Origin: a virus
Reading direction: 5' to 3' (one strand)
DNA: 64,000 nt
Virus record (IMG/VR): IMGVR_UViG_3300023223_000669
Span: 32,001-96,000 of that record
Notes under the pieces: generated by a model
What the model saw: the letters and a program-made list of their open reading frames with translations, nothing else
The model's database searches: none
Told to the model about the DNA's origin: nothing
Part shown: piece by piece, positions 1 through 7,268 of the stretch
Layout: the number at the start of each line of letters is the position of its first letter
Position numbering within the stretch: position 1 is the first letter of the stretch
Made by a program: the position numbers and the translations under genes

Positions 1-47
1 TTTATAATCGATGTCATGTAGTGTATTATTATGTGGAGGACTATCTT

Positions 48-629
48 ATGAAGATTGAGCTACTCAAATGCAAGAACCCAAATATCTGCAAACACTGTGG
101 GTCGGAATTTCCTAACTGGATTCTAGTCGATGGCGTCAGAAAGAATCTCTCGACTAGAAGCTATTGTCTAGGCTGTAAGCCTTACAGTAGTGGCAACACT
201 AAAAGACTCTCACGATACCGCGAAATCAATGGTCACGAACAGAAACTTTGTTCTGTTTGTCAAAAATGGAAAGATGTAGAATATGCATGGTATAAAGTCA
301 CGAGGGGTGACAAAGTATATACCAACTCACATTGTAAGGATTGCACTAATGCTCGCTCTCGGTGTCTTGCTGCTGATCTTAAGAGAAAAGCCGTCAATTA
401 CAAAGGCGAAAAATGTTATGATTGTGGTGAGTTGTTTCCTGATTACATTTACGACTTTCATCATCGTGACCCGTCTGCTAAAGACTTCAAAGTATCAAAT
501 CACCTAACACGAAACATGGACTGGCAAAAAGTAAAAGATGAACTGGATAAATGCGATATGCTTTGTTCCAACTGCCATAGGCACCGCCATTACGATAAGG
601 ATAATCCTAACTACTGTCCGACTCGCTAG
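48..629 (+). CDS. HNH endonuclease with N-terminal Zn-finger motifs
   Basis: CxxC pairs, DFHHRDP...ELDKCDMLCSNCHRHRH; ATG at 48 follows GGAGGA. Confidence 0.8.
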   Translation: MKIELLKCKNPNICKHCGSEFPNWILVDGVRKNLSTRSYCLGCKPYSSGNTKRLSRYREINGHEQKLCSVCQKWKDVEYAWYKVTRGDKVYTNSHCKDCTNARSRCLAADLKRKAVNYKGEKCYDCGELFPDYIYDFHHRDPSAKDFKVSNHLTRNMDWQKVKDELDKCDMLCSNCHRHRHYDKDNPNYCPTR

Positions 630-834
630 GTCGTTTTTCTTTAGGATAATCTAGCGAATGAAATCCGCTGTTACCGGGTGTGCCTCGAAAAATGATGCCG
701 CCACCCTTACCGATAAGTCTTTTCAGTTTCAGCTTACCACAGGTGGGGCATTTCCTTCTCTTACCCTCAATGATATACTGAAAAATCTCGTGCATGCTGC
801 CACATTCGCGGCAAAGATAGTCGTAAGTAGGCAT
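607..834 (-). CDS. FmdB-family zinc-ribbon protein
   Basis: MPTYDYLCRECG...KCPTCG...KRLIGKGGGIIFRG...SGFHSLDY. Confidence 0.85.
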   Translation of the reverse strand: MPTYDYLCRECGSMHEIFQYIIEGKRRKCPTCGKLKLKRLIGKGGGIIFRGTPGNSGFHSLDYPKEKRPSESDSS

Positions 835-1122
835 TTAGTCTTTTAGTGCTTTTACAAGACCCTTAGCTCTCTCGAAATCACCATCGAATACAATGAGGAC
901 ACGCTTAGCTCTTTGAATTTCCCGATTTCTAGTGTAGCCCATGTTGTCCCACGATTCGTGATAGTAACCACAGCCATCAGTATGATTGCGATGGCACAAT
1001 TGCTCATGTAGAAGCCCGCCAAGTTTCTGTGCATCTGTCAGGGCCTCAAACTTGGCTTTGGCCACTTTGACTGCGATCAACTTGCCTTCAAGCTCCTCGA
1101 TTTCTTTGTCGTGATCTTGCAT
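835..1122 (-). CDS. hypothetical protein
   Basis: ORF packed in leftward run; CH...C..H motif. Confidence 0.65.
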   Translation of the reverse strand: MQDHDKEIEELEGKLIAVKVAKAKFEALTDAQKLGGLLHEQLCHRNHTDGCGYYHESWDNMGYTRNREIQRAKRVLIVFDGDFERAKGLVKALKD

Positions 1123-1125
1123 AGC

Positions 1126-1305
1126 TTATTGAGTCCTTGCATTTGCGATAACGAAATCGAGTACTTCGTCGTCGGTCAGGTCTTTTAGCTCAGGGATAAC
1201 GGCTCGAAACTTGGCGGCCAGAGACACTGTTGTCTCTGCGACCTCTTTAGGGGTCAATTCGATCCCCTCTTCGGCCAAGCCGTTGCGTAGTTCGCTATCT
1301 TTCAT
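1126..1305 (-). CDS. hypothetical protein
   Basis: MKDSELRN start, ATGA overlap with upstream ORF. Confidence 0.6.
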   Translation of the reverse strand: MKDSELRNGLAEEGIELTPKEVAETTVSLAAKFRAVIPELKDLTDDEVLDFVIANARTQ

Positions 1306-1448
1306 TTCGTGATCTGATACAAGAAAAACGGCAGTAGAAAGCCGAAGAGGAACCATCCGTGCTTCGGCACGCTGCGGACGGTTGTGTACGTTGCAGCCCG
1401 AGTAACTTCGGGGATGCGAGACATGACTATGGTTTTAAGGGTGCTCAT
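1302..1448 (-). CDS. small membrane protein
   Basis: 48 aa MSTLKTIV...GWFLFGFLLPFFLYQITK, ATGA-type overlaps at both ends; below ORF-track cutoff. Confidence 0.5.
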   Translation of the reverse strand: MSTLKTIVMSRIPEVTRAATYTTVRSVPKHGWFLFGFLLPFFLYQITK

Positions 1449-1642
1449 TCGCTGTAATTGGCAGGAGTGAGGGTTTTAACCTTTATCCCAAATTCATCGC
1501 CACCGGATGTCAGTGTGATTTGGGCAAGAATATCGTCACCCTTTATATAAATGTCCTTCACCGTGCCTACTTGGCCGGTTTCGAGACGGACTACGGTACC
1601 GATTGCGATACCGTCTTTGGGTTGTGCATCAAAGTCTTCCAT
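1445..1642 (-). CDS. hypothetical protein (SH3/KOW-like)
   Basis: IGTVVRLETGQVGTVKDI. Confidence 0.55.
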   Translation of the reverse strand: MEDFDAQPKDGIAIGTVVRLETGQVGTVKDIYIKGDDILAQITLTSGGDEFGIKVKTLTPANYSE

Positions 1643-1686
1643 TACGGTTACAGTATACCGTCGTTTCGAGGATTGTCAAGTAAAAG

Positions 1687-1947
1687 CTATGTCTTGAGCC
1701 TTTCGCTAAGTGCGTCAAACGAGAAGGACCGTTCCACGTTCAAGAGTCCGGGTAACGTGGGAGACTCGCCGTGAGGGCCAGCACAAGCACGCGAGACCTT
1801 ACCCCATAGTTCTTGCAATTCTTCCTCTGTCTTGGCTTCCCGGCAAAGGGATGCCAGGTTCTCATCGTACCAAGCATCGATGCCTGTAAGAATTATACGG
1901 AGACGTTGTGCTAAATCAGAGATAAGGTCTAAGTTTATGTCACTCAT
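1687..1947 (-). CDS. hypothetical protein
   Basis: ORF in leftward run. Confidence 0.6.
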   Translation of the reverse strand: MSDINLDLISDLAQRLRIILTGIDAWYDENLASLCREAKTEEELQELWGKVSRACAGPHGESPTLPGLLNVERSFSFDALSERLKT

Positions 1948-1973
1948 GGGTCACTTTTCCTGCATACAAAAAC

Positions 1974-2138
1974 TCAAGGAATGTACCAGACTGGTCCGCC
2001 ATGCTTGGGATTGAAGGAATGAAGGGCCGGGAAGTTCTCTAGTAAATTCTCTAGTGTTACTAGGGCCTCGCGGACCTCCTGCTGGGTTGTCCCAGGCTTG
2101 AACACCAGGACCGTTCCAAGCTGATTTTCTAGGTCCAT
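1974..2138 (-). CDS. hypothetical protein
   Basis: 54 aa MDLENQLGTVLVFKPG...HGGPVWYIP translated by hand. Confidence 0.5.
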   Translation of the reverse strand: MDLENQLGTVLVFKPGTTQQEVREALVTLENLLENFPALHSFNPKHGGPVWYIP

Positions 2139-2530
2139 GATGATTCTCTAATATATCTTATCTCTACGTCCCACCCTTCGCCTTTACAGAAAGACAGTAC
2201 TTCTGCAATGCATTCCGCCTCGCCCTCATTCTCGCTGTGGAAAGAAAAGAATGTGTCCTCCCAATCCTTAAGATTGCCTTCAAAGATATCAGGAATTTCG
2301 ATTGTTAGATTGTATTCAAGTTTGGGAACAGGGGGCACGTCTATAGGCATCCAGGCGGCACCGGGGAGTTCTTCGATACGTCTGCATGTGTCCTCGCCAA
2401 TAAACCATACCCAGATCTGTTGATCGGCACCAGAATGAACGGGACCCACACGAACAGGCTTAGGAGTTCTGCCGCCAGGGCGTTGCAGCCAGTATAAGCC
2501 ATGTATGGTAGGTTTGTTTCTAGTCCACAT
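2129..2530 (-). CDS. hypothetical protein
   Basis: MWTRNKPTIHGLYWLQ..., typical small phage ORF; start uncertain. Confidence 0.55.
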   Translation of the reverse strand: MWTRNKPTIHGLYWLQRPGGRTPKPVRVGPVHSGADQQIWVWFIGEDTCRRIEELPGAAWMPIDVPPVPKLEYNLTIEIPDIFEGNLKDWEDTFFSFHSENEGEAECIAEVLSFCKGEGWDVEIRYIRESSWT

Positions 2531-2816
2531 TATGATGTAATCCTTTTTACCATACCCAAAACAGCCATCTATGGACACGAGGGTTGGAAGGCAGCGTCAA
2601 ACGACGAGGGTACCAATGTCGCCACCAGCGGCGTTGATTAGAGTGTATCTTAATGGGCCACTTCATCAGGCTACTTTTCCTGCTTATACAGCAAATACAG
2701 ACAGTCTAGCCCGATTAGCACCAGTAGCAGACTGTAAAACTCTTGCGAGTTGTCGGCAAAGTACCATGCTACCAGAAAGTCAATGCCCACGGTGAATAGG
2801 AATTTCATAGTGCCAC

Positions 2817-2844
2817 AGTATACCGCCGTTAGGGCCTAAGTCAA
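2817..2844 (-). promoter_or_regulatory. sigma70-type promoter
   Basis: TTGACT-16bp-TATACT; ATG 8 nt downstream (2808). Confidence 0.8.
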
Positions 2845-2858
2845 GCTCAAAATCATCG

Positions 2859-3092
2859 CTATTTCATCAGATTACCACTAAAGATATGGTGGTCTGGATG
2901 CTGTTTCGAGAATTCGCGAGCCTCGGGGTAAGACTGGAAATCGTGAATGCAGAGTGTTCCACCAGGCCCAAGATGGGCTACCCAATACACTTTTGTTGCC
3001 AGAAGCTCACCTATGACCGCAAGCTGGTCCTGATGCTCAAGAGCAAGGATTTCGCGAGCAAGCTGTACGTGTTTGGGTTTACGTAGTACCAT
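2859..3092 (-). CDS. hypothetical protein (junction array)
   Basis: ATG supplied by GGAGCTTGAAAATG motif. Confidence 0.6.
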   Translation of the reverse strand: MVLRKPKHVQLAREILALEHQDQLAVIGELLATKVYWVAHLGPGGTLCIHDFQSYPEAREFSKQHPDHHIFSGNLMK

Positions 3093-3228
3093 TTTCAAGC
3101 TCCAACCGTTGTTTTAGCAGAGCCAGGAGAACTTCAACGTCATAAGATTGTGATGGACCTGAAAAACTTGTATTGACCTCCAAAACAAGAGGAAGACCCG
3201 CAATCAGGACTGATGTTGTCACCTTCAT
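3079..3228 (-). CDS. hypothetical protein (junction array), ends ELENGTT
   Basis: 49 aa MKVTTSVLIAG... translated by hand. Confidence 0.5.
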   Translation of the reverse strand: MKVTTSVLIAGLPLVLEVNTSFSGPSQSYDVEVLLALLKQRLELENGTT

Positions 3229-3234
3229 TATGTT

Positions 3235-3423
3235 CTACTTCTTTTCAAGCTCTCTTCCAAGAGCCACAGTACCAATCATAGCAAGCCTGAGAATCTCTTC
3301 CCAAGTAGCAAGGTCTGTACTGGCATCTGCAAGATGCTCGACCAATTGGATGCGTTCGGAGGTACTACGGCAGGCCGCATATTCTAGGACGATATGACGT
3401 GCGTTTTCTTGCCATCTATTCAT
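3235..3423 (-). CDS. hypothetical protein (junction array), ends ELEKK
   Basis: MNRWQENARHI start provided by the motif. Confidence 0.6.
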   Translation of the reverse strand: MNRWQENARHIVLEYAACRSTSERIQLVEHLADASTDLATWEEILRLAMIGTVALGRELEKK

Positions 3424-3583
3424 TTTCAAGCTCCTCCTCCGGTAATACCACTAATTCTAGATGCAACTCTTCCTCGGAGAGAGAAAGAAAACCCTCCATG
3501 AGAGCAGTAACTTGATTGTCACTTGCCCAATAGGCCATGACCCAGATATGCTTGATCTGTTTGGTGGTAAGTTCCACTTTCAT
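3416..3583 (-). CDS. hypothetical protein (junction array), ends ELENE
   Basis: 55 aa MKVELTTKQ..., ATG 8 nt after -10. Confidence 0.55.
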   Translation of the reverse strand: MKVELTTKQIKHIWVMAYWASDNQVTALMEGFLSLSEEELHLELVVLPEEELENE

Positions 3584-3591
3584 GATGCCAC

Positions 3592-3619
3592 AGTATACCC
3601 TCGTTAGCGGCTAAGTCAA
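3592..3619 (-). promoter_or_regulatory. sigma70-type promoter overlapping upstream stop codon
   Basis: TTGACT-16bp-TATACT. Confidence 0.8.
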
Positions 3620-3964
3620 GTCCTTTTCAAGCTCCCCATTGATCCCACGTAGCAATTGAAGGGTCTCGTTAGCAATCGACATGAGGCCGCTGATCTTGGC
3701 AGGATCGGCACCACGGCGGATAAGCTCATCGCAAACCACATGCAGACTGATTAGATTGATGGCTGAGCATAAATCATAATTGCGTTTACGAAAGCGATCG
3801 TTGCGTGCAAAGGAATCGTCTTTTTCAAGCTCACTGACAGCAAAATCCCTAATAGGATAAGGATGAGTCATAAGACATACAGCGAATGCTCCGTTGGGAT
3901 AGATGGTGACGATTGTGCCGCGTTCGCCGGTTGCTTTAACTCTAATCATGTCGTGTTCTTTCAT
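3611..3964 (-). CDS. hypothetical protein (junction array); SH3-like N half; internal ELEKD and terminal ELEKDLT
   Basis: KEHDMIRV...GERGTIVTIY; two motif copies in frame. Confidence 0.65.
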   Translation of the reverse strand: MKEHDMIRVKATGERGTIVTIYPNGAFAVCLMTHPYPIRDFAVSELEKDDSFARNDRFRKRNYDLCSAINLISLHVVCDELIRRGADPAKISGLMSIANETLQLLRGINGELEKDLT

Positions 3965-3967
3965 TAG

Positions 3968-4168
3968 TTATAAACTAGCTCCTGCGGCGTCTTGAGCGTT
4001 TTCAAGCCCTTCGTCGTCCCTACCGCGACTATAAGCCCAATCCATTTTCTGAATGACTAGATCAACGAGTTCGTCCCAGAATTCGGATGGCATCTTGCTG
4101 TAAATGTGACCGAGGGCGTTCGTGGCCTTGAGTTCGGTCTCTACAATCTCTCGCATTGAGTGCATCAT
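3968..4168 (-). CDS. hypothetical protein (junction array)
   Basis: ATG 6 nt after -10; GLEN motif near C terminus. Confidence 0.6.
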   Translation of the reverse strand: MMHSMREIVETELKATNALGHIYSKMPSEFWDELVDLVIQKMDWAYSRGRDDEGLENAQDAAGASL

Positions 4169-4174
4169 GGTGTC

Positions 4175-4202
4175 ATTATATCCTCGTTAGAGCCTAAGTC
4201 AA
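4175..4202 (-). promoter_or_regulatory. sigma70-type promoter overlapping upstream stop codon
   Basis: TTGACT-16bp-TATAAT. Confidence 0.8.
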
Positions 4203-4367
4203 GTCCTTTTCAAGCGAACGTCCCAAGTATTCCATAAGAGACAACATACTCTCTCTAGAAAGCAAAACCTTGACGCCGGGGACATCCTCGAAGGACTTGG
4301 TACACAGGCTGATGCCTCCGTCGCGAGGGTCACGTTGGACAGATAAGTAGCGGTTGATTTCCATCAT
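4194..4367 (-). CDS. hypothetical protein (junction array), ends SLEKDLT; paralog of 4374-4637
   Basis: 57 aa MMEINRYLSVQRDPRDGG...LSLMEYLG translated by hand. Confidence 0.6.
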   Translation of the reverse strand: MMEINRYLSVQRDPRDGGISLCTKSFEDVPGVKVLLSRESMLSLMEYLGRSLEKDLT

Positions 4368-4373
4368 TATGAT

Positions 4374-4637
4374 CTAATCCTTTTCAAGCTCTTTAGGGAA
4401 GCGAATAGAGGTCCAAAAACTGTTGTGATGTATTACTTGGACTCCTGTATCCTCCATTTCAAGCAATTGTCCTAAAAACTCCATAAGAGACAAAGCATTA
4501 TCTTTGGACAAGGAAAGACTGGGGCCATCGCCTGTGCTGGTCTTCACGGTAAGTATTATACGACCATCAGTAGGATCGTATGTTGCTAAAAGATCACCAT
4601 TGGTGATGCTACGTGCATTTTGTTGCCATTGATCCAT
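4374..4637 (-). CDS. hypothetical protein (junction array), ends ELEKD
   Basis: YDPTDGRI...LSLMEFLG. Confidence 0.65.
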   Translation of the reverse strand: MDQWQQNARSITNGDLLATYDPTDGRIILTVKTSTGDGPSLSLSKDNALSLMEFLGQLLEMEDTGVQVIHHNSFWTSIRFPKELEKD

Positions 4638-4643
4638 TAGAGT

Positions 4644-4820
4644 CTAATCCTTTTCAAGCACACGCCTAGCAAAACACTTACTACCCCTACAAGGAACATT
4701 ACGACGATCCTTATGAGAGAACATGCGAGGGAGCCCGTAGCCACCTTGGCTCCAATAGGCTTTAAGCGTACGGTCACAGTATGAGCATTGTGCCAGTGTA
4801 TAGGATTTAGTCTGTGTCAT
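4644..4820 (-). CDS. small Cys/His protein (junction array), ends VLEKD
   Basis: MTQTKSY...CSYC...H...C..S..C. Confidence 0.55.
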   Translation of the reverse strand: MTQTKSYTLAQCSYCDRTLKAYWSQGGYGLPRMFSHKDRRNVPCRGSKCFARRVLEKD

Positions 4821-5103
4821 TTTTAAGATTAGTTTTACAGAAGGCCCAAGAGGATCCGTCGCGTTGATTATGAGAGATCTTAATGTCCCAACCAGCAGCC
4901 TCAAAAGCCTCCTTGAGCATCATGACTACCTTTTGGTGCTTGGGTGGAGCACTTATATAAACGGGATTTAAGCGACCAGTATACCATTCTTTTTGAAGTA
5001 CAGCGTTGATCTTTTCTGTATACTTTTTATACTCTGCCTCAATTGTAGCATTTTGTAGCTTGGCGGCTTCCTCGGGTGTTATAGGTTTTATATTCTCATT
5101 CAT
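4807..5103 (-). CDS. hypothetical protein
   Basis: MNENIKPITPEEA...AFEAAGWDI; ATG 6 nt after -10. Confidence 0.7.
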   Translation of the reverse strand: MNENIKPITPEEAAKLQNATIEAEYKKYTEKINAVLQKEWYTGRLNPVYISAPPKHQKVVMMLKEAFEAAGWDIKISHNQRDGSSWAFCKTNLKNDTD

Positions 5104-5109
5104 GGTCTT

Positions 5110-5137
5110 ATTATACCACCATTAGAGTCTAAGTCAA
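5110..5137 (-). promoter_or_regulatory. sigma70-type promoter overlapping upstream stop codon
   Basis: TTGACT-16bp-TATAAT. Confidence 0.8.
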
Positions 5138-5344
5138 GTCCTTTTCAAGCTCCTCTCCAAGTGATACCAAAACAATACCAGATGAATGGAAGAAAGAACC
5201 GTGTGAGTGAATGAGACAATACATGAAGCACCATTGGTTGAGGGATGGATCATACCATAGCTCTGCGTGTATTAGCTCATAATAGGCTGTATCCACGTTG
5301 CTCCGCGTCTCCTGGGTGTAAGATATAGGTAACGGCGTACACAC
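5129..5344 (-). CDS. hypothetical protein (junction array), ends ELEKDLT
   Basis: ORF; start uncertain. Confidence 0.5.
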   Translation of the reverse strand: MCTPLPISYTQETRSNVDTAYYELIHAELWYDPSLNQWCFMYCLIHSHGSFFHSSGIVLVSLGEELEKDLT

Positions 5345-5376
5345 ACTCTCTAGTAGCCTTTATGTATAGCCCCCTC

Positions 5377-5586
5377 CTAGGTCACCAGGGCCGCTGCGAT
5401 AGTGACTAACGCCCCAATCAGGAGCAGCCAGGCCATGCAGTAACACGCCCATCCTAGTCCTTCTCTTACTGTAATTTTGCTTGAAATAGGCTTACAGCCA
5501 CAGTCGCCCCACAGGACCCTAGCCGCAGCCACAGGTCCGCTCATGTGCGTGAAGCATTTAGCACATATCTCCATTATGTCTTTCAT
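5377..5586 (-). CDS. small Cys-rich membrane protein
   Basis: MKDIMEICAKC..., C-terminal hydrophobic helix, ATGA overlap with 5583-5681 peptide. Confidence 0.5.
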   Translation of the reverse strand: MKDIMEICAKCFTHMSGPVAAARVLWGDCGCKPISSKITVREGLGWACYCMAWLLLIGALVTIAAALVT

Positions 5587-5689
5587 AATTTTAAGCATAC
5601 AATCATCACAACACCAACAGTAAACGCTACAGTCAATAGCGTCATGATGACGATCAAGTTTTCTCTTTGCTGCTTGGTCATGGTGATCC

Positions 5690-5756
5690 ACTATACCACA
5701 TAAGTAGGCGAAGTCAAGGGAATTCGCTTGACAGCGGGATGGTTTTGGTGTATTAT
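5690..5756. promoter_or_regulatory. back-to-back sigma70 promoters (divergence point)
   Basis: leftward TTGACT-16-TATAGT (5717-5690); rightward TTGACA-17-TATTAT (5728-5756). Confidence 0.7.
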
Positions 5757-6087
5757 GTGTAATGAGACAAGAGGATAGTCCTGGCGAGGGCTTGAAAAGG
5801 ACAATTGTGAAGGTTTGTGGCAGCAGACTGGCCGATATCGGCCGCACGAGCGTTTTTCCTCGTATTACCTTGACATTGGGCGTTTTTGAGCGTATAATGA
5901 GGTATGCAAAAATTCATCACATACGACGATGGGAACGAGATTCTCGTGACTACTCCCGAAGCTGAAGCAGAGGCCATTCGTCTCTATTTCATTGAAGGTG
6001 GTCGCCTCCTCGATGATTTCGATCGTGAGGAACGTACTACTGAGGCGATTTGTATTACATTCATGAGCAAGGTAGGGTACTAATTGA

Positions 6088-6164
6088 CGCAGGGTGGAGC
6101 AGCAAGGCAGCTCGTCAGCTTCATAAGCTGAAGGTCGTGGGTTCGAATCCCACTCCTGCTACCA
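6088..6164 (+). tRNA. tRNA-Met(CAT), initiator-like
   Basis: full cloverleaf, CAT anticodon, TTCGAAT T-loop, encoded CCA, C1:T72 mismatch, A11:T24. Confidence 0.95.
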
Positions 6165-6315
6165 GTACAGGCGGTGTAAATGACTAATGCCACACCGTGC
6201 AAGAGGGGCTTTAAAAGAGAGGACAAAGCGATTGGGTCCGTCGATTTTCCGCCAATCGTGAAAACCTCAGCCGCAGACGGGCGGAAGCGGTGATAAATTT
6301 CATCGCCCCCTCAGG

Positions 6316-6347
6316 AGACCGGGGCCGAAAAGGCTCTGGTCTTTTTT
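6316..6347 (+). terminator. rho-independent terminator of tRNA transcript
   Basis: AGACCGGGGCC-GAAAA-GGCTCTGGTCT followed by T run. Confidence 0.8.
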
Positions 6348-6728
6348 ATGCCTATAGAGGATGGGGGTCATCATGCACAGTGGTTCATAAACTATTTATG
6401 ATCCGCCGTGTAGCATTGCTTGAAAATCCTGCAAGTACCACGTTTTCCCTTACTATGTAATTGCCACAAAATCGTGGCAGGCTGGGAAATGCCCTTACTG
6501 TATTCTGGCCCTCCTCGCCCGCTCGGCGGGCGAGGAGGGAAAAAGATTCCTCACCGGGAACAAAGTTCCCGGCGGGAAGCCTGTTCTCGGTGGAAGGACT
6601 TTACCAGCGGGTGCATTATGTTTTTAGGGTGGGAAATGCGGTAATTCCACACATTCATATATAATTTTTAAATGTGTTCTCTCAGACAGTCACGCCTGTT
6701 TTACGCTCGGCGTCCTCGATACGCTCAC

Positions 6729-6808
6729 ATCATACTACACTCACGGTAGAATGCAAGCTTGAAATAGATTTTCTTTTCGCTTGCCTTTTCGCGAAATTAC
6801 GTTATACT
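6729..6808. promoter_or_regulatory. back-to-back sigma70 promoters
   Basis: leftward TTGCAT-16-TATGAT (6756-6729); rightward TTGCCT-16-TATACT (6781-6808). Confidence 0.7.
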
Positions 6809-6862
6809 GCTGGCGTCAACACAAAAACGCCCCGCGTGGGCACAATCCAAGAGGGTAAACAT

Positions 6863-7093
6863 ATGGCCAAGGCCAACACCGAAGAGAAACGCGGCAGGGG
6901 CCGCCCCGCCAACTTCCCGAAGGACGTGGAAACCATCGCCCGCCTTTACAAGCTGCCCGTCGCCACCGTCGAGGCCGCCGAGCAAGCCCGTAAGACGCTC
7001 CCGGGCGACCGCCTGGAGCCCATCGGCGTGACCATCGACCGCCTGATCAATCGTGGTCTGCGGGAGGTCAACCGCCGCAACCGCAAGTCGTAG
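6863..7093 (+). CDS. small basic DNA-binding protein (AT-hook-like plus possible RHH)
   Basis: KRGRGRPANF; C-terminal TIDRLINRGLRE. Confidence 0.6.
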   Translation: MAKANTEEKRGRGRPANFPKDVETIARLYKLPVATVEAAEQARKTLPGDRLEPIGVTIDRLINRGLREVNRRNRKS

Positions 7094-7268
7094 AACATCC
7101 TACGCGGGGTCTTTTCGAGCCCCATCAGCTCTGCTGGAATCACAATAGGATACTATTCACTGATTCGGAGCCGCTGATGGGGCTCGATCTTTTATCAGAA
7201 TTGCCTTGCTTTTCTGCCAATCGGTGCTATACTGCTGGTGAATCGCAACCCTAACCAAAGGTAATACC

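Larger units (their letters stand above)
3092..5150 (-). repeat. array of ten co-oriented GCTTGAAAA junction motifs; longest form GCTTGAAAAGGACTTGACTTAG
   Basis: TTTTCAAGC on + strand at 3092, 3242, 3423, 3624, 3822, 3999, 4207, 4381, 4651, 5142. Confidence 0.9.

Noticed and set aside
1357-1444. Apparent structured RNA (GTGC-TTCG-GCAC, CCCGAG/TTCGGG)
   Set aside because: Lies inside a plausible 48-aa ORF (1448-1302) coupled by overlaps at both ends.
3092-5150. CRISPR array interpretation of the repeated motif
   Set aside because: Repeats are only 9-22 bp with irregular spacing of about 150-490 bp, spacers are ORFs, and no cas genes are present.
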